Assembly (NCBI GenBank): GCA_000182565.2
Contig: KQ257459.1
Strand: one strand, 5' to 3'
Source: Spizellomyces punctatus DAOM BR117
Taxonomy: Eukaryota
DNA length: 64,000 nt
How positions within the stretch are numbered: position 1 is the stretch's first letter; the number at the start of each line of letters is the position of its first letter. A program made the position numbers and the translations under genes. This document shows positions 53,529 through 64,000 of this stretch, piece after piece. Under the pieces are notes generated by a model. It searched no databases and was not told the DNA's origin. It saw only the letters and a program-made list of their open reading frames with translations.

Positions 53529-56500
53529 TCAGAGCTGTTTCCGTTGCGGTAAAAGTGCCCCTCCACTTTCGATAAATCGCTGAGATAAAGACCAAATCAG
53601 CAGGCTTTACCAAGTAACTTCAATTAGGGGGCACTGTTTTGCAATCTCACCTTCAGTTCGGGAATTGATTGAACTATGTCAGTTGGCAACGTAAATAGTA
53701 ACCAGACAATGCTACCCAGCTCCCCTTTGATCTTCTCCATTATGCGTCTGAAGACCAAGATGTATGAGAGACCAAATATCGCGAGCGACAAAGCAAAAAT
53801 GAAAACGTTAATGGCTTTTTGTGTTGAGCTCGTTTTTTCTACGTGATCGACGATCAAATTATTCATCATCGCTGCAGCACCAGATATATCGTCGCCCAGA
53901 GAGATCGCAAGTTGCAGCTGCTCATTAGCGAAGGTTTGCTGCAAAGGAGGGCTGCTCAGGAATTGTCGCATCGATTCGTACCATTTGTGAACTGCAGAAG
54001 CGCGTACGGTGAGCATCCGACCGATTCATTTTCTATGCCCCCCTTCCTACTATGCGAATAACTCACTAATGAACTCGGAGGAACTTGTGACAAGGCCTTT
54101 GGTGAAGCCTATCGTTGCATTATATTCTCTAGGGAAATATCAATATCTAATGAACACCGTACCTAAGAGCCATCCACACTCACCGCTTATCATCGTCACA
54201 TCCATTTGGGTCTTGCAGCAGACAGAATCCGCCGGTCTTCAGGACTACCTGAGTCTCAGGAAAGTCGTACAAGCTCGGAGCATCAGATGTGGTGATCAGA
54301 AGCGCTCGATTTGCCGCGTCGTATCTATCCAGATAGTACTCTAGCCATAAAGTTTGCATCCCGGGCATCCAGCAAGTGTTATCTTGTGCGGCTACTTCCA
54401 CAGCGATAGTCGAACTTAGGCCCACATAGAATGTCCGATCACTAAGATAACGAATCGTGTTGACGGCATTCCGCGCATACTAAAGGCAGAAAGATCAGTC
54501 GCGGCGCATTTTGAAGCATACCCAGATGGATGGTTGCCCTGAACCTACTTGGCCTTGTTGAATAGGAGGAATGAACATGAGCGTCCCGGTTAATCCGACC
54601 AAGGACAAGCACATGGTCAAGAGCTGTGAAGAATAGAAAGCTTGGTACAATTGTGTTCACAGAGACGCCCCAACCTACCCACCTTTATCATGCGTTTAGG
54701 GCTATGTCGAGCCATTACGACTTCTCTTGGCAAGGTGATGTTGAAGGATTTTGGCGCACTTTCAGCCACCGCCCCGTCGGTGTCCGCCTCCAGCTCTTCC
54801 ATAATCGCTTCAATTTCAATTTCTAAGTCATCAAGCTTTTGATTCGCGTATTTTTTGGGAAAGCTTCCAAAAAGACTGAGGATTTGAAGCTGCTTTTCGT
54901 ATGCCCTCTCGATTATTGGACGGAACAGAACGACGCCAATTAGAAAGCATAAAAGCGGCAAGGCGACCAGGATGGCCACTAGAGAGGACAATTCATGTGA
55001 ATATAGGCGCCTCCTGTTTGACACCGCTATATATTGAAACAAACCCATTGCCATTGTGTTGTTCCGTTGATAACTGAGATAAGAAGTCATGGCTCCATCG
55101 GTCAGGGAGTCATAGGATTGAGCAATTGACAAAATATTGTCCAGGAATATGCGGATGTCCGTGCGGGCGCTGATTTCTGGAGCAGTGAACGTACTCAGAG
55201 AACTGTTTACGAGGGATTGTGCATACTCTGCAATGAGTTGGCCCAGAAAGTAAGGACTGAACACTTCCAGGCGACCTGCGGGCATGCGGGGAACGTGTAA
55301 GTACAGGTGGTGCAAGACATTTGCATATCAGCACACTTGCTTCCAGAACCGCGAGACATTTTGATGATGATACGCGGCTCATCGTCCAGATGATTCCGTT
55401 GCAGAATAGGTAAGATGGTGGGTATCCAGACTCCGTTCACATATTGAGAAAGTGTTGCCACACGGGTTTCAAGTGCCGTCTGCGTACTCCGTACTGGTAG
55501 AATTCCCTGTGTGATGGCCACAATTTCACGAATGACCCGACATACTTTAGCGAGAGGAACGTGTCAGCTATATTTGCATCTCCTTGTGACTAGAGCGTTG
55601 CATACTTCGCATAAATGTTCCTCGTGGTCTTAGACGTGCGTAAGCATCCTGTAGCGCTTCAGTTATTGCAGAATATCCGAGGACCGAGACGGTACACCCC
55701 GCAATCAGAATTCCAAGGAGGCAAAGCAAAGCGATGTTGATAAGATATCGATATTGCTGAACAGGGGCAAAGAGCTTAAATTCAATTAGCTCTCGATAAT
55801 ATTTCTGTTGGCGTATTTCTCGTTGCGAACTCGCAGTTGAGTCAACCACACTCGGCTGCTTGATTGCCATCATCGGCACAGGAGTAACAGGCGACGGCAT
55901 TCTCTCCAGGTTCATTTTTTTCTCACGCCTTTCACCCCCCAGTGACCCCTCCTCTTCAATCCTCACACTTCGACGACGGCCAGATGACGTATCCACTCCG
56001 CTTCGACGGGGAAGGTCAGGTGCTCCCAGGGCATTGAGATCCAAATCCGTCACCTGGACTATATCCGCACAATCTTGCCTTGGCAAGCTGAGCTCTTCAG
56101 CCTGTACATACGCTGAGCTATTTTCAATATCAAATTCTTCGTTGCCAAACTGATTCTCTTTCCGCAGACGTTCATTGGCACTGCGCATGGAACTCTCGCG
56201 AACTTCCTGGTTTTCAATATCTTCTGCACGCTGTGCAATGGTAAGCAAAGACCACGAGATATTCAGAAAAGATCCCATGGCACACCTCAAGAAGCTTCCT
56301 TGCTTTTTCGTGGTCCCCGCAAACATTGATAAGAAAATTGCTGTACCGTCTCAATACTTGCTTCGATTTCTGCAAGAAATTTAGCTATCCATCCAATGGT
56401 GTTGTCAGATCATAAGCCAAAACGTACTGGATATTTGCTGATAATGCTTTGATAGTGTAAATCAGCAATTTTACGATTTTTCTCTACTGCCTCAAGCAAA

Positions 56501-58633
56501 TACGGGATGCATGAAATAACAATTTTTTCATTTTTTAGGTACTGCCATAGTAGTTTTAGCGAGAGGAGCGAATTTAAATGGTATCGCTGTGCACCTGTCG
56601 TCAGGTAACAAATATTAATTGTACGGTCACCAAACCGTTGTGACGCTACTCACCGTGCTCCATCGCGGTAATTTCTGCATACTCCGTTACATTGAGTGTC
56701 GAAATCATTAGCTCTTCTTTCCGGTCTTCCTGTTCCATGGTTCTTTCTTCGAAGAATATAAAGAAGCGGGTGTCAAATGCTGGCTTCAATTTCTGACAGA
56801 AACTTTAGCACAATGTTCCCGAAAACCAAAACTGCAAATTTTTTTCCTTACTTTGGCCGCAATAAGGCAATCAAAAACCTCATCAATGTGCGATATATCG
56901 TACAAAGCAATGTAATATGCTGAGATCAAGGGTCGATTAGCCATTGTATGCGGCACCAGTAGCAATGTAGCCTACCTTGCATTAGTCTTAACCTTGGCGA
57001 CTTTGGAAACTGTCGAACTCCGGCCGCAAAGATTGCTTTTGCAAGGTGGAGAGCCTCTGGATCACGATTGTATTGCAGAAAGCGACATGCGATCTCCACA
57101 TCCTAGTCGTCTCCGTTAGCGACATTTCTGGGATTCGGATACAATTATAATGGTCACGCACTTGAAACTGAGAAAACACTACCAACGGCTGTACGTAGCG
57201 CTTTCGGATGATCTTGCCAGCGTTTTCAAGGACTTTCCCAGTTACAGCGCCCTTTTCCGCATCCTCAGGCATAACCGTGCTCCCCATCACACAATTCTTG
57301 GCTTCCAAAGCGCTTAAAGATTTTTTTGACAAAATTGACGTAGCAGGCAACGGTTGATCTTCCGGATTAAGGCCTTCCTCCACCTGCTTCTGTCGTGCTA
57401 TTGCAGACGGTCGGTCAAATATTTTCATATGACTAAATCACTAAATGCAACCTTGTAGTTTCTGAATGACTCCATTTGCAATCCAGGATCTTGCATAGAA
57501 GGACATTGCAAATCCGCAAGCAAACTCTGGGACTAACAGCACGCAGATGATTACAAAAGCTGAAACGTTGTCTGTTCCACCCATCCCATAGACGACACCG
57601 GTATGAATACTCGAGCAAAAACTAGCAAAAAGTATTCCGCACCGCAGGTCGTTCATGTGCTTAGAGAAAAAGGGCTGTTGTCGCGCTGTCATGTAAAATA
57701 TCGTGAAGCAACAGATAGCAAGAACAGCCAAAACAACTGCGGGGCTGTCTTCGGCAATCTCAATGCAAACGACAAGCACAATCCGAAATAGTTGATAAAT
57801 TGCGTCGATACGGCCGGTAGTCTTCGCATGCAAGTCATCCCCCCTCGGATTAATGGGAAAGAATACCAGACTGGTAATCGGGACTTGCAACACCAGATAT
57901 AGAATGCCAGGTATTGATAAAATGAATGTAGGCAAAAAGTCCTTGTGAAAGCACTGTGTGGAATTGGACACGAGTAGTGCATCGTTTGTCGTACTCTCAT
58001 AACATGCGAACGCGTGCATGAAGATTTCCATCATGGGAATAAACAGAACGGTAGAGATAAGGGTTGTTAGGATTCGTAATACCTGCAGCGGCCAGACAAC
58101 TTTACTCCAATTAGTGATTCATTTTAAAAAGAATTACGAAGGAATAGCCCAACCTTTCAATTTAGATCCTTTCATGGAAAACGCTACCACGCACGTGAGT
58201 AGCACTGTTATCACGGCGGCGGTATACGCACAGTAGAAAAGCACGTGGAAGGATGCTAGTCCCTTGGGTTTCCAGCTCAAAGGATTGAAAACATAAGGTA
58301 TCCACGTTGGCATAGAGCGAAATCCATTTTCTTGGCGAAAACTGAATGAAAAAAGTTGAATATCCTCCAAAACTTGAAGACAAAGCGCGAGGGTTGGATT
58401 GATATGATTCCCTTGGGTCATTGCAAAGAGCAAGCCAAACTTTAATATCGCAGCGTACAAAGCATTAGGGTTTGTGCCTTTCATTGTCAGATAGGGTCCA
58501 AGGACATGTAAAAAAGTGGAATAAAACGTACCGTCGCATCCAGCAACTTGGCATCCCGCTGGTTCGCGTCAGCAAGCCCAATGGTATTGCGACGAAGACC
58601 TGTCGTCTTTCTTGAAATACTGGACGAGAGCAT
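53529..58633 (-). CDS. Large polytopic membrane protein, TmcB/TmcC ('tiny macrocysts')-like
   Basis: FGLLFAMT..QVLEDIQLFSFSF, multi-TM N-terminal region, FSQFQVEIATRFL helical region, PAFDTRFFIF, C-terminal repeated TM/helical blocks ending LLFTLPTDIVQSIPELKRFIESG; family assignment from memory. Confidence 0.6.
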
Positions 58634-58973
58634 TATAGTTCTGTTGGGGTATTTGATGGCAAGTGTAAGTTTGGGAAGTTGGTCATTCAGAAGGACAACA
58701 GTAAGTCCCGACGCTGACGTAAAGCTCCGGGGGATGACAGATCACCATCACGTGCCAGATGATTGAAACTTGTTCCCAAGCATTTAAGTTAAGACTAAAT
58801 CTGTTGCTCCCACGGTCTAGCTCCCAGGGCGACACATCGTTCTTTTTCCTTCTGCAATATTTCAGCTTCACTTACAGTAGCATAGTGTCGTCCGGTGCTC
58901 CTGTTTGCTGCTTTTCAAAACACACTCTCTACATCTCAACCGAACGCGGCTGTACTCTGTTCCTTCTGTCAAG

Positions 58974-60612
58974 ATGACGGATATGCAAGATCAACTGGTT
59001 GCCGATGAGGAGTTCGAAGAGGAATTTGAGGTGAGTTTTTGGGTGACAATACGTGTGGAATCACATTAAACGCTGGTGCATCGTAAAAGCACGAGTCGGA
59101 AATCTCATATGCTGTTATAAAAATGGTGGTGGGAAAGGATGGCGAATGAGGCATGTTCGCTTAGACAGTTCAGGTGGTCAAGGACAAGGGGCTGACTAGT
59201 ACATATGAATAATATGGATGAATCGAAATGCATGCCATCATCTTAAAGTTTCCTCCAACCTCACAGGTCTCCCCGGTAATACTATGTCCTGTTGCACTCT
59301 AATGGTTATTCTTCTCTCATCACCCGATATTGATTGGATGCTCTCAGGATTTTATGGAGGTAAGCGAGTGTACAGAATTCTGCGCTGGATACTGGATACT
59401 ATTTCTGACGGACATTGGGTAAGGTGGAGAAGCTCCAAGACGCTGGAATCAATAGTGCAGACATTCAAAAATTGAAAGGGAATGGTATCACCACCGTTAG
59501 GGTAATTTGAGAATTGCCTTCTCTGTAACTAGGAAATTGGCTATTTACCTTCGCGACCGCTAGGCCGTCCAGATGACAACGTGTCGCAATCTCGCGAAAA
59601 TTAAGGGCTTATCTGAAGCCAAGATTGAAAAGATGAAAGAAGCCGCGAACAAGCTGCTCCCTTGCAGCTTTATGACGGGAACTGAGCTTGAATCGAAGCG
59701 GAAAAGTGTAGTTCGCATATCCACAGGCTGCAAGGAGTTTGACACTCTCCTTGGGGGAGGCGTACAGACCATGTCAATCACGGAGGCATTCGGCGAGTTC
59801 CGTACAGGAAAGACGCAGTTGTCTCACACTCTCTGTGTCATGGCGCAACTGCCAACGTCTATGGGTGGCGGTAATGGGAAGGCAAGTTGCTTCCTCTCTT
59901 ATAGTAAAGTTCCCTGCAGAGCACTCACATGTGCACATTAGGCCGCGTTCATCGACACCGAAGGCACCTTCCGTCCAGAGCGTATCAAGGCCATCGCAAC
60001 CCGCTTTGGAGTTGATGGAGAAGCGGCACTTGATAATATTGCAGTGGCTCGGGCGCACAATAGCGAGCACCAAATGGAGCTCTTGAACCACCTGGCTGCG
60101 CGACTTTGTGAAGAACGGCAGTATCGCTTAGTAGTCATTGACTCGATCATTGCCTTATTCAGGACAGACTATAGTGGCCGTGGAGAGCTTGCCGAGCGTC
60201 AACAGCGTCTTAATCAGATGATGGCGAAGCTGATGCGTATTGCGGAAGAGTTCAATGTTGCCATATTTATCACGAATCAGGTATGCATTGTGCTGACCGT
60301 AAGAACATGCACTCCAAGCTAACGACATAAGCTTTTGACAGATGTGCGCGGACCCCGGAGCAGGATTGACGTTCGTTGCTGATCCCAAGAAGCCTATTGG
60401 TGGACACGTTTTGGCTCACGCTTCGACCACTCGCCTTTATCTTCGCAAAGGGAGAGGAGAAACAAGGATTTGCAAGATTTATGATTCACCAGACGTACCG
60501 GAATCGGAAGCGGGTAATGTTTACTAGTCTTTCCTGCCTGCGTTTAATCTAATGTTAGAACATTTCAGTGTATCAAATCACCGAAGGTGGTATTGCGGAT
60601 GCTAAAGACTAG
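58974..60612 (+). CDS. DMC1: Meiotic recombinase Dmc1
   Basis: [90 protein letters not shown] (Dmc1-type rather than Rad51-type motifs). Confidence 0.92.
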
Positions 60613-60966
60613 TTGTTCCAACCGTTACCTATATCTTGGACTGGCCTATTCAGATAACATCGTTAGAAAGCATAGAGTTGAAGGTTGTTTGACATTTCTG
60701 TGGCCATAGCCTATTATTTCGCGGTTTGTTTGGGACATGTTACGTTGCTTCTCTTTGCATGCAATAACCAGCGAATGTAGTACACTTGACCTATTTAGCC
60801 TACGTCAATAGATTCACTGTCAAGTATAGAAAACTGTCTATACTTAGCCCTTGGATCATCTGTACACCATCGAACTTCCTGTAGCACGTGCTACATTGCA
60901 TTTAACCATATCTAGGTGCAGGAGCCATTCGGACAACAGAGTACTTAGTTCGGACAACCCCCGACA

Positions 60967-60974
60967 TATAAAAA
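60967..60974 (+). promoter_or_regulatory. TATA box of CHZ1
   Basis: TATAAAAA about 115 nt upstream of ATG 61083. Confidence 0.45.
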
Positions 60975-61082
60975 GGTGCCCTTTCGTTGGTTCCTCACTA
61001 ACTCATCTTCAAAAGACGTTCATCAGCCCCGTCCAACTTCTTTACTCTTTCTTTATAACATTTTCTCCATTACACCGTCACT

Positions 61083-61756
61083 ATGCTTGCTACCACCGAA
61101 CCCGAGGTGAAAGATGCTTCACTGGAGGTTGATGAGTAAGTAGATCTAGATATCTGAACGATCCATTCCGGGCGTTCTTTGAAACAATCTTACCTTGGGG
61201 TGCAAAAGAAAGGGAAGGGGGGCAAGAGGGATATCGGATGCACTTGGCGCAAACACTTTTAACTAGGACATTTTTGCTGATCGCATTCTTTCCCACACCC
61301 ACGGCAGATCCACAAAACCTACCATCGAATCCCTCAAAGCCGCTGCAGCTCCCGCCATCCAACAAGAGGTACCTAAAGGTATGCCTTGCATTCTATCGTT
61401 ATATGCAATAACCGGAAACTGATTTGTATTGGAATCTTTAGACGAAGAGCAGCCCAAGGCTGGCGAATCAGAGCAAGAAGAAGAGAGCGAGGAGGATGAG
61501 GACAAGATGGAAGTAGATGACGAGGACAATGTTGATTTTGGTGAGTGAGAATTGTGATGATTGTGGGAAGTGCCATGTATTGATCTTGGTTGCTGAAACA
61601 GAGGAAGAGGATTTGGTCGAAATTGACGCTGCCAACATTATTGAAACCCGTACACGAGGGGTCAAGATTGATTTTGCTAATCTGCCAGAGGAAGAGAAGA
61701 TGGAAGGTGAAGAGGATGATGAGGATGATGAGGATGTGGTGTTGGAGGACGAGTAA
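61083..61756 (+). CDS. CHZ1: Histone H2A.Z chaperone Chz1 (CHZ domain), 4 exons
   Basis: Acidic protein with EEDLVEIDAANIIETRTRGVKIDF motif. Confidence 0.8.
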
Positions 61757-62025
61757 TCGTTTCGGCGAGATGGGTTGTTTGATGGTTCTTGTTGGTAATT
61801 CGGCTTAAAAATGTCTGTGAAATATAGTCTTATTTTCCTTTATGAGACCCATGGCTTCTGTCTGGTGTTGGTCCAAAAGTAACATAAAATATGGTTATAT
61901 TCGCTTTACAATGGAAGGAGTTACAAGCCCTTTCCTGGATAATCTATGCACGGAGCTCGCTTACTCTCCTAAATACAATCTATGACATAATAAAAAACGA
62001 CTTATGATAGGACACCTTTAACAAC

Positions 62026-64000
62026 TCAATCATCAACCTTTGCCCACACACACAACCTTCCAACACACATATCCTTGCAGATGATCCAATCTTCTTCATC
62101 TGTAACAGTAATCATGTGGTCCTCGGCATCCTTGTAAGTCACTCCGACAACCTTGACTTCCTTTCCTACAACCATGGAAAACTTTCGACTCAATCTGTCG
62201 AGCACGTCGGGCAACGGCACAGTTCGCGAGATTTTCAACAAAATAATGTGAGGATCATACAGTGCCTTCAGTTGAATGAAATGGGACGGAAGTTCTGCTT
62301 GGGTGGACAAGGAGTGAGACCGGAAGAGGAGGGAGGACCGTTTTGCCTTGTTGGGCGGAATGCCTGGGATTGGAGACAAGATGTCTTGATTTGGTTTTTG
62401 GATTCTGGTGATTATTTCGGGTTTACGTGTAGGGGCTATAGTAGTATTACTTCTGTACAGTGGAGCCACCGATGGAGGATCGTCGTGCGTGACGACACCC
62501 AATCTGACGGATCCTTGGCGTTGGAGAACTTTCAGATCGCGGTTCCAAGGGGGAACAGTGGACATGTCTTCAAGTTCTTTGGGAATTACTGGTTTCGGAG
62601 CGGGTTTCAGCCGCGTGCCTATGGTTTTGGCCCGTTTGAGGAGAGAGCGTTCGCGTTTGACTTCGACCCCAACCGTTGCTGTTCGCTGTAGAGTTTGAAG
62701 AGAGGGTTCAGACAGGTTGCGGTGGAGCTCTGGTGGTGGAGGGGCCGAGGAGACAGAGGGGTCTTGAAAGGAGGGCATGAGGTTTGGACCGGCACTGGAT
62801 GGAGGGGGACTGACGGGAGAGACAGGAATCGTTGGATTTTTCTCGTTGGATGGACTTGCGATCCTGTCCAAACTGGGTGTACTGTAATGTCGAGTTAACG
62901 TCAAGCTACGTTGAAGCGATGAGTTGACAAGAAGGTTCTTCCTTCCCTGGGGTGGTGAAGGGTCTCGTCGTCCTTCCGTGACAGTTCCGGTGCGCTTGGC
63001 CATGGGATGACGAAGGGGACCAGATTGGACAGTGGCGGCGCGAGCGAGGGTTCTCTGTCTCTCGCTCGATTTCATACCAATGGGACGCGGGCTAGTAAGA
63101 CCGGGAGACTGTAACGATGTGGGTGACGGAGTGCGTAACATGCGGAATTGGGCGGTGGAGGGTGAAGGGAGTGCTGATGACTCGTCGCCTCCTGACGCCG
63201 CACCTGCTTCCGCTTCAGTCGAAGTAGCTGATGAATTGGAAAGCGTAGGCGAAGGAGGAACGGGACTTGATGACGAGCTCGCCCATCCGTGAGACTGTGC
63301 CCTTTTAGGGATCTCAGGAGGTGGACCAGAGTAGTCCAGAGGTTGGTTCCTCTCATTTTGTCCGCGCTCTAATGTCGTAAGCACTGGCCCAGCACTTTTG
63401 ACCTCCTGTTGAAGCTGACGAGTTTTGGCCATGGTGTTCGTCCTCAATTCATCCTCCTGGGCCGATTTTACTTCGCCAGCCAGCACAGCAGCGACAAAGG
63501 CTTGTGCATAGTCTTCCATTTCGGCGGTGTTGTTACTACCTGCACTGTCTCGAGATTTGCGGGCCGGCTTGGCCGATCCTGCTGAGGGCGACCGACTGTG
63601 CTCTGGAGACTTTGGAGGAGTCGGGGGCCCCAGAACCGCAGCGAATTCTGCACTTGTTGATCTAAGGAGAGTGTTGAGTCCGCGACCGAGAGATCGCATT
63701 TCAAGCTTTCTGGACATTCGTTTTTCTTCTACGGACTTCAACCAAGGCTCGTCCAAAGGAATGTCTTCATCATCCTCTGGCTTTGCACCTGTCTTCAAAT
63801 CGTTCAAGTCTCGCCCCGGTTCAATGTCTTTGATCCACAGCCCAAAGAATTCGCCAAAGAGGAGATTTCTCGTCACACGCTCTGGCATGGTCAACAGCTC
63901 TCTAGTGTAAGCATCTAACCTTGTTACGCGCTCCTCGCAGACTGCACGAGTGACAAAAAATCTGCTTTTCGGGAGCTGGGGCAATCTCCGGCCGGCGGCC
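62026..64000 (-). CDS. PX + PB1 domain scaffold (Bem1/p40phox-like), 5' partial
   Basis: PX end PQLPKSRFFVTRAVCEERVTRLDAYTRELL..FGEFF; Pro/Ser-rich linker; PB1 IQLKALY..VTYKDAEDHMITVTDEEDW. Confidence 0.75.
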   Translation of the reverse strand, partial: AAGRRLPQLPKSRFFVTRAVCEERVTRLDAYTRELLTMPERVTRNLLFGEFFGLWIKDIEPGRDLNDLKTGAKPEDDEDIPLDEPWLKSVEEKRMSRKLEMRSLGRGLNTLLRSTSAEFAAVLGPPTPPKSPEHSRSPSAGSAKPARKSRDSAGSNNTAEMEDYAQAFVAAVLAGEVKSAQEDELRTNTMAKTRQLQQEVKSAGPVLTTLERGQNERNQPLDYSGPPPEIPKRAQSHGWASSSSSPVPPSPTLSNSSATSTEAEAGAASGGDESSALPSPSTAQFRMLRTPSPTSLQSPGLTSPRPIGMKSSERQRTLARAATVQSGPLRHPMAKRTGTVTEGRRDPSPPQGRKNLLVNSSLQRSLTLTRHYSTPSLDRIASPSNEKNPTIPVSPVSPPPSSAGPNLMPSFQDPSVSSAPPPPELHRNLSEPSLQTLQRTATVGVEVKRERSLLKRAKTIGTRLKPAPKPVIPKELEDMSTVPPWNRDLKVLQRQGSVRLGVVTHDDPPSVAPLYRSNTTIAPTRKPEIITRIQKPNQDILSPIPGIPPNKAKRSSLLFRSHSLSTQAELPSHFIQLKALYDPHIILLKISRTVPLPDVLDRLSRKFSMVVGKEVKVVGVTYKDAEDHMITVTDEEDWIICKDMCVGRLCVWAKVDD

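Overview
Gene-dense, intron-rich eukaryotic DNA (short ~55-90 nt GT-AG introns). It is most consistent with an early-diverging, flagellated fungus (chytrid; Spizellomyces-like by inference), because fungal genes (HRD3, Pex30-like, CHZ1, LAMMER kinase) sit beside the cilia-associated KATNAL2. About 28 protein-coding genes are supported: RasGEF (partial), HRD3, FBXO21-like, an RS-rich single-pass membrane protein, ACSS3/PrpE, SDH1, LAMMER kinase, DPH3, LETM1-like, mS34, a GPI-type surface protein, KATNAL2, an intronless orphan, AKR7, G-alpha, mS38/COX24, a coiled-coil gene, RPT5, a C1-Pex30-like fusion, YjbQ (12 exons, one of 4 nt; missed by the ORF track), nitronate monooxygenase, YhfA/OsmC, DBP8, PRXL2A-like, TmcB-like, DMC1, CHZ1 and a PX-PB1 protein (partial). 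The most unusual element is a non-coding, TATA-driven minus-strand locus at ~45.0-45.7 kb. It contains a ~510-nt highly structured RNA: a long terminal helix joins a 5' splice-site-like end to a branch-point-like end, and three hairpins share a repeated CAAUA/GGA internal-loop module. I could not assign it to a known RNA family. Exon boundaries and RNA pairings were inferred by eye, and no searches or folding programs were run.
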